Source of the DNA: Candidatus Lustribacter sp.
GTDB taxonomy: Bacteria > Vulcanimicrobiota > Vulcanimicrobiia > Vulcanimicrobiales > Vulcanimicrobiaceae
Length of the DNA: 64,000 nt
Assembly (NCBI GenBank): GCA_965277805.1
Contig: OZ255842.1
Coordinates: 2,560,001 to 2,624,000, forward strand
Reading direction: 5' to 3'
The stretch's first letter is position 1, and every line of letters begins with the position of its first letter. This document shows, piece after piece, positions 32,944 through 43,499 of the stretch. The notes under the pieces are model-generated. The model ran no database searches. It was not told where the DNA came from and worked only from the letters and a program-made list of their open reading frames with translations. Position numbers and translations under genes: made by a program.

Positions 32944-35267
32944 TGGCAGGCCTCGCAGCTTTCCGGATTTTCGAGCGAGCACGCGACGGCTTCCGCCGGG
33001 CGCAGCGTGGTCTTGGCGATGCGCGTCGCCGGGCGCGAACGCAGGTAGTACGTCGTCTTCAGGCCCTTCTTCCACGCATAGAGATACATGGATGAGAGCT
33101 TGCCGATGTTCGGGCTCTCGGCGAAGAGGTTGAGCGACTGGCTCTGATCGACGTAGGCGCCACGCGCGGCGGCGAGATCGATCAGTGCCTTCTGCGGCAG
33201 TTCCCACGTGGTGCGATAGCGCTCCCGCAGCGCCGCCGGAATCTCCTCGATGTCGGCGATCGAGCCCTCGGCGTGGGTGATGCGCTCGCGGATGTCTTCC
33301 GTCCAGAGACCGAGCTTCTTGAGATCGTTGACGAGGTAGGAGTTGATCTGCAAGAACTCGCCCGAGAGGGTCTCGCGCTTGAAGAGGTTGGAGATCTGCG
33401 GCTCGATGCACTCATAGCAGCCGCTGATCGAGGCGATCGTCGACGTCGGCGCAATTGCGATCAGGAGCGAATTGCGCAGGCCCTGGGCCTTGATGCGCGC
33501 GCGCAGCGACTCCCAACGCTCCGGGTCGGCCGGCGTTACGCCCCAAGCGTCGAACTGCAGCTCGCCGCGCGCGGCACGGCTCTCCGCGAAGGCCGGGTGC
33601 GGCCCCTGTTCCTCAGCGAGTTGGCAGCTCGTGAGCAGCGCGTGGAAGTAGATCTCTTCTTGAATGCGCGTCGAGACCTTCAGCGCTTCCTCGCTGTCAA
33701 AGGGCAGGCCGAGGACGAAAAAGACGTCTTGCAAGCCCATGATGCCGAGCGCCACCGGACGCCACTCGTTGTTCGAGGCTTCGGCCGATTCGATCGGATA
33801 GAACGTCTTGTCGATCACGGCGTTGAGCTGACGCACGGCGAGGCGCACGGTGTGCGCGAGCTTCGCGTAGTCGAAGCCGTTTTCGGTCACGTGCTGCTTG
33901 AGGTTGATCGAGCCGAGGTTGCACACGGCGGTGCGGCCCGCGCGCGTGACCTCGATGATTTCGGTGCACAGGTTCGAGAGATGAACGACGTTCTCGCCTT
34001 CGGCGGTCTGGTTGCTCTTGATGTTGGAGGCGTCTTTGAACGTCATCCAGCCCTGGCCGGTTTGCGCGAGCGTCCGCATCATCTTGCCGTAGATGTCGCG
34101 CGCCGGCACCTCGCGCACGGCGAGACCGGCGGCCTCCGCAGCGCAGTACGCCGAGGCGAACGCCTCACCAAACAGATCGGTGAACTGGGGCACGTCTTGC
34201 GGATCGAAAAGCGACCACGGCAGATCTTGCTCCACTCGCTGCATGAAGAGGTCGGGAATCCAGTTGGCAAGATTGATGTTGTGCGTGCGGCGGGCGTCGT
34301 CGCCCGTGTTGTCGCGCAGTTCGAGGAACTCTTCGATGTCGGCGTGCCACGGCTCGAGGTAGACGCACGCAGCGCCTTTGCGCTTGCCGCCTTGGTTCAC
34401 GGCCGCCACCGACGCATCGAGCGTCTTGAGGAACGGCACGATGCCCATCGACTTTCCGTTCGTCCCGCGGATCAGCGAGCCGCGGCTGCGCACGCGCGTG
34501 TAGCCCACGCCGATGCCGCCCGAGAACTTCGAAAGCAGCGCGATGTCGCGGTAGCCGTCGTAGATCGCTTCGAGATCGTCTTTGGGTGAATCGAGCAGAA
34601 AGCACGATGAGAGCTGCGGGTGCGCTGTGCCCGAATTGAACAGCGTGGGCGAGCTCGGCATGTAGTCGAGCGAGGAGAACAGCTCGTAGAACGCGATCGC
34701 TTCTTGCGCCGACGCCGCGACGCCGCAGGCAACGCGCAGGAAGAACTGCTGCGGCGTCTCGATCACCGTGCGCTTCTTCGGATCGCGCAGCAGATAGCGG
34801 TCGTAGAGCGTGCGCAGGCCGAAGTATTCGAAGAGGACGCTGCGCGAATCGTCGATCGCGTCGTTGAGCTTGCGGCTGTTCGCCATGACGAAGCCGGCGA
34901 GATCTTCGGCAATCAGGCCCACGCGGTAGCCCGCGGCCACGGATTGCGAAAACGAATGGATCTCTTGACCGCCGACTTCTTTATCGATGTAGGTCGAGAG
35001 CAGGCGCGCGGCAAGCTGCGAGTAGGCCGGCTCCTCTGTGGTCAGCATGGCCGCGGTCTGGATAGAGAGCTGGTCGAGCTCTTGCGTCGTGGCGCCGTTA
35101 TACAGACCGCTGATGGTCTTGGTCGCGACGCGCAGTGGGTCGACGCCCGCGAGACCTTCACAGCAGCGCGAGACGGCGCGGACGATCTTGTTGACGTCAG
35201 CGGGCTCGAGTGAGCCGTTGCGCTTACGGACCTGCATCGCACCGGCGACCGAAGTTGAGATTTCCAT
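32940..35267 (-). CDS. nrdA: Ribonucleotide reductase class Ia alpha subunit with ATP cone
   Basis: VRKRNG ATP cone, SPTLFN, SSCFL, SNLCTEI, KTTYYLR, C-terminal CEACQ. Confidence 0.97.
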   Translation of the reverse strand: MEISTSVAGAMQVRKRNGSLEPADVNKIVRAVSRCCEGLAGVDPLRVATKTISGLYNGATTQELDQLSIQTAAMLTTEEPAYSQLAARLLSTYIDKEVGGQEIHSFSQSVAAGYRVGLIAEDLAGFVMANSRKLNDAIDDSRSVLFEYFGLRTLYDRYLLRDPKKRTVIETPQQFFLRVACGVAASAQEAIAFYELFSSLDYMPSSPTLFNSGTAHPQLSSCFLLDSPKDDLEAIYDGYRDIALLSKFSGGIGVGYTRVRSRGSLIRGTNGKSMGIVPFLKTLDASVAAVNQGGKRKGAACVYLEPWHADIEEFLELRDNTGDDARRTHNINLANWIPDLFMQRVEQDLPWSLFDPQDVPQFTDLFGEAFASAYCAAEAAGLAVREVPARDIYGKMMRTLAQTGQGWMTFKDASNIKSNQTAEGENVVHLSNLCTEIIEVTRAGRTAVCNLGSINLKQHVTENGFDYAKLAHTVRLAVRQLNAVIDKTFYPIESAEASNNEWRPVALGIMGLQDVFFVLGLPFDSEEALKVSTRIQEEIYFHALLTSCQLAEEQGPHPAFAESRAARGELQFDAWGVTPADPERWESLRARIKAQGLRNSLLIAIAPTSTIASISGCYECIEPQISNLFKRETLSGEFLQINSYLVNDLKKLGLWTEDIRERITHAEGSIADIEEIPAALRERYRTTWELPQKALIDLAAARGAYVDQSQSLNLFAESPNIGKLSSMYLYAWKKGLKTTYYLRSRPATRIAKTTLRPAEAVACSLENPESCEACQ

Positions 35268-35383
35268 GCCGTTCCCCTCGAGAAGTGAACGCTCGGGGAG
35301 AAGCTGCTGCCGCCGCCGGGGGATCGGCCGATCCCGGTGCGCTCAAACAACGTTCGCTTTCTCCGAGCGAAGTGTCCATCTCG

Positions 35384-35545
35384 TTGGGCAGGTCTTCGGA
35401 CTCGAGGGCCCAGCTTGCGCTGCCTACTTGCCACCCTTCCCAGCCGCGAGGCCAGTGGTCTGTGGCGTTCGTTCCCTCTTACCGCTGCGGGACAGTCCCG
35501 GATTTGCACCGGGTTCCCTTTTGAGACGCCTGCGCGTCACCCACC
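35384..35545 (-). ncRNA. Cobalamin (AdoCbl) riboswitch in the nrdAB leader
   Basis: Minus strand reads AAAAGGGAACCCGGTGCAAATCCGGGACTGTCCCGCAGCGGTAA...CCACTGG...GGGAAGG...GAGTCCGAAGACCTGCC, matching the canonical B12 element and B12 box. Confidence 0.95.
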
Positions 35546-35550
35546 GAGAA

Positions 35551-35598
35551 GCACTATATATAGTGCTGGGAGGCCTATACGGCGACTAGATGTTGTGG
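35551..35598. promoter_or_regulatory. Tandem NrdR boxes
   Basis: Perfect palindrome GCACTATATATAGTGC (35551-35566) and CGACTAGATGTTGTGG (35583-35598), 32 bp apart, upstream of nrdA. Confidence 0.88.
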
Positions 35599-35613
35599 TC
35601 CTTGGTGCCCATG

Positions 35614-37038
35614 TCAGGGTGACACAAACAAGTCGACGTACTCGTTGACGGGGGTGACCTCGAGCACGCTCCGGTCGAGGCTGGCCTTGAGGATCCGCTC
35701 TGATTGCTCGGCTGCGAACCGGCGGCCGAGGTTCGTGACGAACTTTTTCTCGAGCAGCGGGATGCCCTCAGCGCGGCGGCGCTTATGGCCGAGCGGGTAC
35801 TCGACGACGGCCTCGGGCAGCTTCGTGCCGTCCGTGAATTCCACGGTGATGCCGTTGGCGATCGAACGCTTCTCCGGATCGTGGTAGTCCCGCGTGAACG
35901 CCGGGTCTTCGATGCAGATCATTTTGGCGCGGAGCGCATCGATGCGCGGATCACCCGCGCGCGCGTCTTCGTAATCTTCCGCCGTAAGCTGGCCGAAGAG
36001 CAGCGGGACGGCGACCATGTACTGGATGCAGTGGTCGCGGTCGGCCGGGTTGTTGAGCGGGCCGCTCTTGTCGATGATGCGGATCGCCGCCTCATGCGTG
36101 CGAATCGTGATCTTCGCGATGTCTGCGATGCGATGCTCGACCTGCGGGTGCAAGGCCATCGCGGCCTCGACCGCCGTCTGCGCGTGAAATTCCGCCGGAA
36201 ACGCGACCTTGAAGAGCACGTTTTCCATTACGTAGGACCCGTACGGGCGCTGGAACGTAAACGGCTTGCCGCGGAACGAGACGTCATAGAAGCCCCACGT
36301 CTTGGCCGTGAGCACCGACGGATAGCCCATTTCGCCGGTCTTTGCCATCAGCGCGAGACGCACGGCGCGGCTGGTCGCATCGCCGGCGGCCCAGCTCTTG
36401 CGCGAGCCGGTGTTCGGGGCGTGGCGGTACGTCCGCAGGCTCTGGCCGTCGACCCACGCGAGCGAGAGCGCGTTGAGCAGTTGATCGCGCGTGAGGCCGA
36501 GCATGCGCGAGACGACCGCCGTCGAGGCGACCTTCACCAGCACAACGTGATCGAGCCCGACCGCGTTGAACGAATTCTCGAGCGCGATGCAGCCTTGAAT
36601 CTCGTGCGCTTTGATCATTGCTTCGAGTACCGCGCGCATCGTCAACGGTTTACCGCCGCCGGCAATGGCCGTACGCGAGAGCCAATCGGCGGTCGCGAGA
36701 ATGCCGCCGAGATTGTCGGAGGGATGGCCCCACTCCGCCGCGAGCCACGTATCGTTGAAGTCGAGCCAGCGAATCATCGCGCCGATGTTGAACGCTGCTT
36801 GAACCGGGTCGAGTTGATACGACGTCCCCGGCACCTTCGCGCCGTTGGGAACGACCGTTCCCGCGACGATCGGGCCGAGCAGCTTCGTGCAGGCCGGGTA
36901 CTCGAGCGCTTCGAGGCCGCACCCGAGCGTGTCGATCAGGCAGTTGCGCGCCGTCTCGAACGCGAGCTCGCTCGTTACTTCGTAGTTAAGGACGTAGTCG
37001 GCGATGTCGAGCAGAACCTGATCGAACGGTTGCGCCAC
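35614..37038 (-). CDS. prpD: 2-methylcitrate dehydratase
   Basis: [50 protein letters not shown] at 37038. Confidence 0.96.
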   Translation of the reverse strand: MAQPFDQVLLDIADYVLNYEVTSELAFETARNCLIDTLGCGLEALEYPACTKLLGPIVAGTVVPNGAKVPGTSYQLDPVQAAFNIGAMIRWLDFNDTWLAAEWGHPSDNLGGILATADWLSRTAIAGGGKPLTMRAVLEAMIKAHEIQGCIALENSFNAVGLDHVVLVKVASTAVVSRMLGLTRDQLLNALSLAWVDGQSLRTYRHAPNTGSRKSWAAGDATSRAVRLALMAKTGEMGYPSVLTAKTWGFYDVSFRGKPFTFQRPYGSYVMENVLFKVAFPAEFHAQTAVEAAMALHPQVEHRIADIAKITIRTHEAAIRIIDKSGPLNNPADRDHCIQYMVAVPLLFGQLTAEDYEDARAGDPRIDALRAKMICIEDPAFTRDYHDPEKRSIANGITVEFTDGTKLPEAVVEYPLGHKRRRAEGIPLLEKKFVTNLGRRFAAEQSERILKASLDRSVLEVTPVNEYVDLFVSP

Positions 37039-38186
37039 TATTTGCGGCTCGCGATCGGGACGTAGGCAAGATCGTCGGGGCCGATGTAGTTGGCGCCCGG
37101 ACGGACGATCGTCCCCTGCGAGCGCTGTTCGATGATGTGCGCCGCCCAGCCGCAGGTCCGCGCGATCACGAACAGCGGGGTGAACATCTCGGTCGGGACG
37201 TCCATGAGGCTGTAGCTCACGGCCGAGAACCAGTCGAGGTTGGGAAACATTTTCTTGGCATCCCACATGACCGACTCGATGCGTTCCGCTACCGAATAGA
37301 GCGTCATCGTATCGCGGGCCTGGGCGAGTTCGCGTGCAACGCCTTTGATGATCACGTTGCGCGGATCCACACTCGTGTACACCGGATGGCCGAAGCCGAT
37401 GATCACCTCTTTGTTCTCGACGCGCTTGCGGATGTCGGCCTCCGCCGCATCGGGGTCGTCGTAGCGGCTCTGCACGATGAACGCGGCTTCGTTGGCACCG
37501 CCGTGCTTGGGGCCTTTCAGCGCGCCGATCGCACCGCCGATTGCCGAGTAGATGTCGGACCCGGTGCTCGCGATGACGCGTGACGTGAAGGTTGACGCGT
37601 TGAACTCATGCTCGGCGTAGAGCACGAGCGAGATGTGCATGTCGCGCGCCCACTCTTTGGACGGCGCCTTCCCGTGCAGCAAGTGCAGAAAATGTTCGCC
37701 GATCGAGTCGTCGTCGGTCTCGACCTCGATCCGCCGCCCCGACCGTGCGAAGTGATACCAGTACAACAGCATCGACCCGAACGACGCCAGCAGCCGGTCG
37801 GCGCAATCCCGCGCGCCGACGTCGTTATGATCGAGCGGCTCCGGCAGCGCGGTCGAGAGCGCCGCGACGCCCGCGTGCAAAACGTCCATCGGGTGCGCCG
37901 CGGCCGGGATCTGTTCGAGCACGTTGCGCACGACGAGCGGCAGGCCGCGCAGCGATTTCAACTTCGACTTATAGTTAGCAAGCTCGGCGCGCGTCGGCAG
38001 TTTCCCGTACAGCACGAGGTAGGCGACCTCTTCGAACTCGGCGTGGGCCGCCAAGTCGCGCACGTCGTAGCCGCGGTAGCGCAGATCGTCGCCGTGTCCG
38101 ACGGTGCTGATTGCGGTGTTCCCGGCAATGACGCCGGAGAGCGCGACCGAGCGCTTCGTTTTGGGGGTATTGGTGGTGGTGGTCAT
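37038..38186 (-). CDS. prpC: 2-methylcitrate synthase
   Basis: [48 protein letters not shown]. Confidence 0.95.
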   Translation of the reverse strand: MTTTTNTPKTKRSVALSGVIAGNTAISTVGHGDDLRYRGYDVRDLAAHAEFEEVAYLVLYGKLPTRAELANYKSKLKSLRGLPLVVRNVLEQIPAAAHPMDVLHAGVAALSTALPEPLDHNDVGARDCADRLLASFGSMLLYWYHFARSGRRIEVETDDDSIGEHFLHLLHGKAPSKEWARDMHISLVLYAEHEFNASTFTSRVIASTGSDIYSAIGGAIGALKGPKHGGANEAAFIVQSRYDDPDAAEADIRKRVENKEVIIGFGHPVYTSVDPRNVIIKGVARELAQARDTMTLYSVAERIESVMWDAKKMFPNLDWFSAVSYSLMDVPTEMFTPLFVIARTCGWAAHIIEQRSQGTIVRPGANYIGPDDLAYVPIASRK

Positions 38187-39067
38187 CAGCTCTTGTCCTC
38201 TTTGAACAACTCGTCGAGCTTCTGCTCGTAAGCGTAGTAGTCGAGAAATTCGTACATGTCGTTGCGCGTCTGCATGAACGGGATCGCCTCGCGCTGGGTT
38301 CCGGTGCTGCGGATCGTCTCGTAGACGTTCAGCGCCGCCAAGTTCATCGCGCGATACGCGGAACAGCAGTATAAGACGATGTCGACGTCCGCGCTCGCGA
38401 GCTCGTCCTTGGTGAAGATCGGCGTTACGCCGAACTCGGTGATGTTCGCGAGGATGGGAACGCCGACGGCAGCTTTGAAGCGGCGATACGAGTCGAGATC
38501 GGCGACCGCTTCGGCGAAGATCATATCCGCGCCGGCGGCCACGTAGGCGCGCGCGCGCGCGATGCCCGCCTCGAGGCCTTCGGAGGCGACGGCATCGGTA
38601 CGCGCCATGATAACGAACTGATCGTCGGTCCGCGCGTCGACCGCCGCAACGATGCGATCGCACATCTCATCGCTCGAGACGATTTCCTTGCCCGGACGAT
38701 GACCGCAGCGTTTCTCCGAAACCTGGTCCTCGAGATGGATGCCGGCCGCGCCGGCCTTGATCATCGAGCGCACGGTTCGCGCGATGTTGAATGCACCACC
38801 CCAGCCGGTGTCGGCGTCCACGAGCAACGGCAGCTCGGTGATGTCGGTAATGCGCCGGACGTCGGTGAGCACGTCGTCGAGCGTGCTGATGCCGAGGTCG
38901 GGCAAGCCCAGCGAATTCACCGCGACGCCGCCGCCGGATAAGTACAGCGCGCGAAAGCCGGTCCGCTCGGCCATCCGCGCGGCGAAGGCGTTGATCGCGC
39001 CGACGACTTGCAGCGGCTTCTCTGCGGCGACGGCGGCGCGAAAGCGCCCGCCCGCGGAGAGGCTCAT
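38186..39067 (-). CDS. prpB: 2-methylisocitrate lyase
   Basis: [29 protein letters not shown]. Confidence 0.96.
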   Translation of the reverse strand: MSLSAGGRFRAAVAAEKPLQVVGAINAFAARMAERTGFRALYLSGGGVAVNSLGLPDLGISTLDDVLTDVRRITDITELPLLVDADTGWGGAFNIARTVRSMIKAGAAGIHLEDQVSEKRCGHRPGKEIVSSDEMCDRIVAAVDARTDDQFVIMARTDAVASEGLEAGIARARAYVAAGADMIFAEAVADLDSYRRFKAAVGVPILANITEFGVTPIFTKDELASADVDIVLYCCSAYRAMNLAALNVYETIRSTGTQREAIPFMQTRNDMYEFLDYYAYEQKLDELFKEDKS

Positions 39068-39432
39068 ACGCGCGGTGCCGGCCGGCCGTCGTGATCGACG
39101 ACCACCATGACGAAGCGCGACACGCTGCACAGGCGCCGCTCGCCGGTGAGGAGGTTCTCGGAAAACAATTCGGTCTCCACGGTCAACGAGCTCGTGCCGC
39201 GATCCACGACGCGCGCGAGCACCTCGGCCAAGTCGCCTTGCCGGATCGGCTCGTGAAAGCTTGTGCGATCGAGCGATGCCATCACGACGTGTTTGCGTGC
39301 GTCGCGCGACGCCGCAATGAAGGCGGCCGTGCCCATGAGTTTGAGCGCTTCCCCGCCGAACAGCGTCCCGTAGTGGTTCGTTTGGTTCGGAAATACCATC
39401 TCCGACACAACCGTGACATCTTCACCGGCCAT
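39064..39432 (-). CDS. Acyl-CoA thioesterase (hotdog fold)
   Basis: [22 protein letters not shown]; first gene of the prp operon. Confidence 0.9.
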   Translation of the reverse strand: MAGEDVTVVSEMVFPNQTNHYGTLFGGEALKLMGTAAFIAASRDARKHVVMASLDRTSFHEPIRQGDLAEVLARVVDRGTSSLTVETELFSENLLTGERRLCSVSRFVMVVVDHDGRPAPRV

Positions 39433-39485
39433 CCGGCGGTCTTCGGACTTGGGGGTGGGCAGTCCCGGATACGGGGTGCGCCGCC

Positions 39486-39872
39486 ATGCCGGCCGAAGCA
39501 GCTGGTGTGCTCCGCATCGCCCTAGCCGCCGGCTTCTGCATCGACTTCTTCGTCGGCCTCTTATGCGTCTTCGCTCAGCCGCTGCTGCAGCCGTTGCTGG
39601 ACATCCCGGTGAAGGACCCCGCCGTCACCACCATCGCGGGCGGCGAATTGCTGGTCGCCGCCGGCATCTACGCGTTCGTGTTTCGCGATCCGCAACGCTG
39701 GCGGCCGCTGCTCTGGCTCTGCGCGCTGGATCAGGCATTCGGCGTCCTGCTGCCGGCGATCGAAATCGCGCGCGGTCACGCACCGGCAACGCTAAAAACG
39801 CTTGGGCCGATGCCGCTGCAGTTGCTCCTGATGGTGATCTATATTGTAAGCGCAAGACGCGTGGCGCGATGA
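39486..39872 (+). CDS. Hypothetical membrane protein (about 4 TM)
   Basis: Hydrophobic segments; stop overlaps mce start (ATGA). Confidence 0.65.
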   Translation: MPAEAAGVLRIALAAGFCIDFFVGLLCVFAQPLLQPLLDIPVKDPAVTTIAGGELLVAAGIYAFVFRDPQRWRPLLWLCALDQAFGVLLPAIEIARGHAPATLKTLGPMPLQLLLMVIYIVSARRVAR

Positions 39873-40279
39873 TCGACGCGCCGATCGATCACGTCGGGAT
39901 CGTCGTCGGCGACCTCGACGAAGCGGTTGCGTTGTATACGCAGACGCTCGGGTTTACCGAAACGCATCGCGAGATCATTGCGGATCAGGGCATCGAACTG
40001 ATCGGGCTGCGCGCGGGCGATGCGACGATCGAGCTGTTGCGCCCCCTCGATGAGAACTCGCCGATCGCGAAATTCCGCGGCACTGCTGCGACGAAGCTCC
40101 ATCATATGGCGTATCGAGTCACCGACATCGCGGTCGAGCTTGCGCGGCTCAAAGCGCAAGGTGTGCGGCTAATCGACGAGCGGCCGCGGCTTGGCGCTAA
40201 CGGCAACACTATCGCGTTTTTGCACCCGAGCTCGACCGGCGGCGTGTTGATCGAACTCTGCGAACACCGTGGGGACTAG
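39869..40279 (+). CDS. mce: Methylmalonyl-CoA epimerase
   Basis: IDHVGIVV, IELLRP, LHHMAYRV, IAFLHPSSTGGVLIEL. Confidence 0.9.
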   Translation: MIDAPIDHVGIVVGDLDEAVALYTQTLGFTETHREIIADQGIELIGLRAGDATIELLRPLDENSPIAKFRGTAATKLHHMAYRVTDIAVELARLKAQGVRLIDERPRLGANGNTIAFLHPSSTGGVLIELCEHRGD

Positions 40280-41805
40280 TGGGGGGCGAGGCGGATGTTG
40301 AGTTCGGTTTCGAAGGTGCGGTCCCAGGGGAGCGTGATCGTTAGGCCCATGTCTTGGTAGAGCGGGTAAATCGACGCTAGCAGTTTGAGGGCTTGCGGCC
40401 AGAGAGCGGCGCGGTTTTGCGAGGCGGCGTAACTGGCGGCATCGGGCAAGAGGTAGGTGTGGTCGTCGATGCCGCGCTTGCTCAGATCGCCGTTCACCGC
40501 GCCGCGCACGAAGTCGTGGAACGCGTAGTCGTCGGCGTAACGATCGAGCATGAATTGCGCGTGCGCGACCGCATCGTAGCTTTGCGTTACCTGCCCGGCG
40601 AGCGTTGCAATCGCCACCGGTACCGCGGTGCCGATCGTGTTGGCGGTCGTGTTCCACGAGGCGAAGGCATCGATCTTGCCGGCGATGCCACGCGCGATCA
40701 TCGCTTCCACCAGCGCGCGCTGTTCGTCCATGTTGTCGGCGTCGAGAAAGGTCAGGTCGGCGACCGCCGGCCGCGGCGTCTTCGCGCCGTCAACCGTTTC
40801 GGCCGCAATCGCATCGACGAACGTGCTCTCATCGACATCACTCGTGCCGGGAACGCGGACAAAGAGATCGATGTCCGCGTTCGCATCGCCGCCGGGAACG
40901 CGCGTGCCGCCGCAGGCGCGGATGATGTCGCCGATCGTCGTGTCGATCGGCGCGAATTCGAGCGGGTCTTGCACGCTGCCGCCGTCGGCGCGCGAATAGC
41001 GCACGCGAATGTGCGGCGAGAGATGCGCGGCGCGCGCGATCTCGGCACCGGTGAGGATCATGCCCAGCTCATCCGCGCCCGGTTCGATCGACGCGCGATC
41101 GCGAGGCAGCCAGCGTTGCGCGAACGATCGCAGCGCGGCGAGATCGCGCAAGTGCAGCCCCACCGGGCCGGCGTCGTCTTGACCGATGACGATGCGGTCG
41201 AACGATCCTTCGGCCGTGAGCTGCAGCGCGAACAGGTCGACGTCGCGATCGCGCGCGCGCGTCGCTAAATACGCCGGCAGATCGCCGCCCAGCTGACCGG
41301 CAAGTTTTGCGGCCAAGGCCTTCTGCTCCGCGGTCTGCGGCGGATCGGGCAAGTTGGCGTACTGCGTGAGCCAATCGACCGGCGGACCGGCGGCGAAGAA
41401 CTGCGCGGCGCCGCCGATCGCGGGCACACCGGTCGGCGCGAGCCGCATCACCGTGCCGAAGAGCGCAAACCGCGCCTCCGGCCGCTGCGCGCGAAACGCG
41501 GCGAGGTCGCGCAAGCGCGTCTGCGCGACGTACGCCGGCGTTCCCGGCGCGCGCGAAGCCACGAGCCCGCCGAAGTCGAGCATGTCGGTGGAGAGGATGA
41601 ACGCCGACGCGTCGCGCGGCGCTTCATCGCGCAGCCAGCGCGCCAGCGCCTGCGGATCGCCCGGGGTAAGGTAGTTGCCGAGCAGCGGCCGCGGCGGCGT
41701 TGCGACCCGCACGCCGGCGATCGCACCGAGCATCTTCGGGAGCTGCAGCGTCACGGGGCGATCGTCCAGCGGAACCAGGACGAACGTCGCCGCAAGCGCC
41801 AGCAG
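40276..41805 (-). CDS. DUF4127-family protein (start uncertain)
   Basis: VPLDDRP upstream of the annotated GTG, GGLVASR, IGQDDA, PGADE, ASWNTTANTIG. Confidence 0.8.
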   Translation of the reverse strand: MLALAATFVLVPLDDRPVTLQLPKMLGAIAGVRVATPPRPLLGNYLTPGDPQALARWLRDEAPRDASAFILSTDMLDFGGLVASRAPGTPAYVAQTRLRDLAAFRAQRPEARFALFGTVMRLAPTGVPAIGGAAQFFAAGPPVDWLTQYANLPDPPQTAEQKALAAKLAGQLGGDLPAYLATRARDRDVDLFALQLTAEGSFDRIVIGQDDAGPVGLHLRDLAALRSFAQRWLPRDRASIEPGADELGMILTGAEIARAAHLSPHIRVRYSRADGGSVQDPLEFAPIDTTIGDIIRACGGTRVPGGDANADIDLFVRVPGTSDVDESTFVDAIAAETVDGAKTPRPAVADLTFLDADNMDEQRALVEAMIARGIAGKIDAFASWNTTANTIGTAVPVAIATLAGQVTQSYDAVAHAQFMLDRYADDYAFHDFVRGAVNGDLSKRGIDDHTYLLPDAASYAASQNRAALWPQALKLLASIYPLYQDMGLTITLPWDRTFETELNIRLAPH

Positions 41806-41806
41806 G

Positions 41807-42199
41807 CTAACTACGGAAACCGTAGAGTCCGTGTCCGTTCGGATCGGCGACGAAGATCTTATAGGCCTTCTTCACGCCGAGCGACTGCGTGTAGAAAACG
41901 TGCACCGGCGTGTCGGGCTGCAGGTGCGTCGTCTGCACGCTCTTGCCGTCGCGGAGATTCGTGTAGCGCGGAAGGTAGAGAAACGACTGATCGGAAGCGT
42001 TGCCGTCGATGCAGTGCACCCGCATGTTCAAGTCCGAGACGTGGCGCACGTAGCCGTGGCACTCCTTGAACTTCCCACCGGGCGGCAGCGTGCCGTTGTC
42101 GTCAGGCGGCGGCGTCTGTGCCAGCGCCGGTGCGGCGACTAATGTCGCGAGCGCCGCTGCGGCAAGCAACCGGCGAAGCAGCGCGAAGAGGGACGTCAT
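41807..42199 (-). CDS. Secreted hypothetical protein
   Basis: AAAGGA RBS; signal peptide LLAAAALATLVAAPALA. Confidence 0.65.
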   Translation of the reverse strand: MTSLFALLRRLLAAAALATLVAAPALAQTPPPDDNGTLPPGGKFKECHGYVRHVSDLNMRVHCIDGNASDQSFLYLPRYTNLRDGKSVQTTHLQPDTPVHVFYTQSLGVKKAYKIFVADPNGHGLYGFRS

Positions 42200-42211
42200 G
42201 GTGATCCTTTC

Positions 42212-42631
42212 ATGATCGAGTGCCGCACGATGGCGAGCGCCGAACGCTACGATGCGTTTGCGTTGATGGAGCGTTTCCGCACCGATACGGCGGCGCTCGG
42301 CGAAGCGCTTTCGCTCTTCATCGACCGCCCCGATTTCGGATTTGTTTGGCTGGCCTACCTCGACGATCATGCTGCGGCGTGCGCTTCGGCCTCGCTCGGC
42401 ATCGATACGGAGACCGGCGGTCTGCTCGCGACGGTACGCGATCTCTTCGTACTGCCGGACCAGCGCCGGCACGGCATCGGCTCGGCGCTGCTGATCACCC
42501 TGCAAGGCCGGCTCAAGGCGCTCGACGTGACCCGCATCGAGGCCGTGTGCGGCGCCGATCCCTCGCTGCTCGGTTTCTTCGAAGCGCGCGGGTACCGGCT
42601 CAACAGCGCGTCGTTCACGATTCGTCCATGA
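42212..42631 (+). CDS. GNAT-family acetyltransferase
   Basis: LFVLPDQRRHGIGSALL acetyl-CoA motif; FFEARGY. Confidence 0.85.
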   Translation: MIECRTMASAERYDAFALMERFRTDTAALGEALSLFIDRPDFGFVWLAYLDDHAAACASASLGIDTETGGLLATVRDLFVLPDQRRHGIGSALLITLQGRLKALDVTRIEAVCGADPSLLGFFEARGYRLNSASFTIRP

Positions 42632-43499
42632 GCTGGGCGAGGCGCCCGCCCGCTTCGTCGAGCAATCGTTCGGCCGTCTCCCGGCCGACGTTACGGCGCG
42701 CCATGACAACGGCCGTCTTCACGTGCCCGCCGGACGCATCGAGCAGCGACGCCGCATCGACGTTACCGGCTAGGTCCGTCACCAAGCGCAACGCGCGCGC
42801 GCGCAGCTTGGCGTTCGAGGCAACGACGTCGACCATGCGGTTGCGGTAGGTTTTTCCGAGCGCGATCATCGCGGCCGTGGAGATCGTGTTGAGCACGATC
42901 TTCTGCGCCGTTCCGGCGCGCATGCGCGTGGAACCGGCGATCGGTTCGGCCGCCGTTACGGCTTCGATCGCGAGATCCGCTTCGCGCGCCAGCGGCGTAT
43001 CGCTCGCGTTGACGAGCGCGATCGTCAGCGCGCCGTTGGCCCGCGCCGCAACCAGCGCACCGCGCACGAACGCAGCCGAACCGCTCGCCGACAACCCGAT
43101 CACGACGTCGTGGGGTCCGGCATCCGCAACCATCGCCGCACCAGCACCGATGTCGTCTTCGGCCCCTTCGATCGAACGCCGCAGTGCGCCGTCACCGCCG
43201 GCGATCCGGCCCTCGTAGCGGTCGGGCGGAAAACCGAACGTCGGCCGCAGTTCGGAGCAATCGAGGACGGCCAGCCGTCCGCTCGTGCCCGCGCCGAGTA
43301 CGATCACCCGGCCGCCCGCGCGCAGCGCTGCGGCGACGGCGTCGGCGGCTTGCGCGATCGCATCCGCCGCGGCCAGCGCCGCGTCGACCGCACCGTGTTG
43401 CGATTCGATCAACAGCCGAACGCGCGCGGCGGTGTCGACGCGATCGATGTCGACCGTGTTTCCGTCGACGCCCTCGGTCGACGGGAGCCGCTCGGTCAT
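42615..43499 (-). CDS. murQ: N-acetylmuramic acid 6-phosphate etherase
   Basis: GAGTSGRLAVLD, EGAED, GSTRMRAGTAQKIVLN, NRMVDV. Confidence 0.95.
   Translation of the reverse strand: MTERLPSTEGVDGNTVDIDRVDTAARVRLLIESQHGAVDAALAAADAIAQAADAVAAALRAGGRVIVLGAGTSGRLAVLDCSELRPTFGFPPDRYEGRIAGGDGALRRSIEGAEDDIGAGAAMVADAGPHDVVIGLSASGSAAFVRGALVAARANGALTIALVNASDTPLAREADLAIEAVTAAEPIAGSTRMRAGTAQKIVLNTISTAAMIALGKTYRNRMVDVVASNAKLRARALRLVTDLAGNVDAASLLDASGGHVKTAVVMARRNVGRETAERLLDEAGGRLAQLMDES

Noticed and set aside
31918-33411. Apparent 497-aa NrdB with long N-terminal extension; similar extensions on prpD, prpC, livM, mce, doxX and the response regulator
   Set aside because: Extensions overlap upstream genes; downstream starts at stop/start overlaps or with RBSs fit family lengths.
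35042-35648. Short ORFs across the nrdA leader
   Set aside because: The region is explained by the riboswitch and NrdR boxes; the translations are not protein-like.
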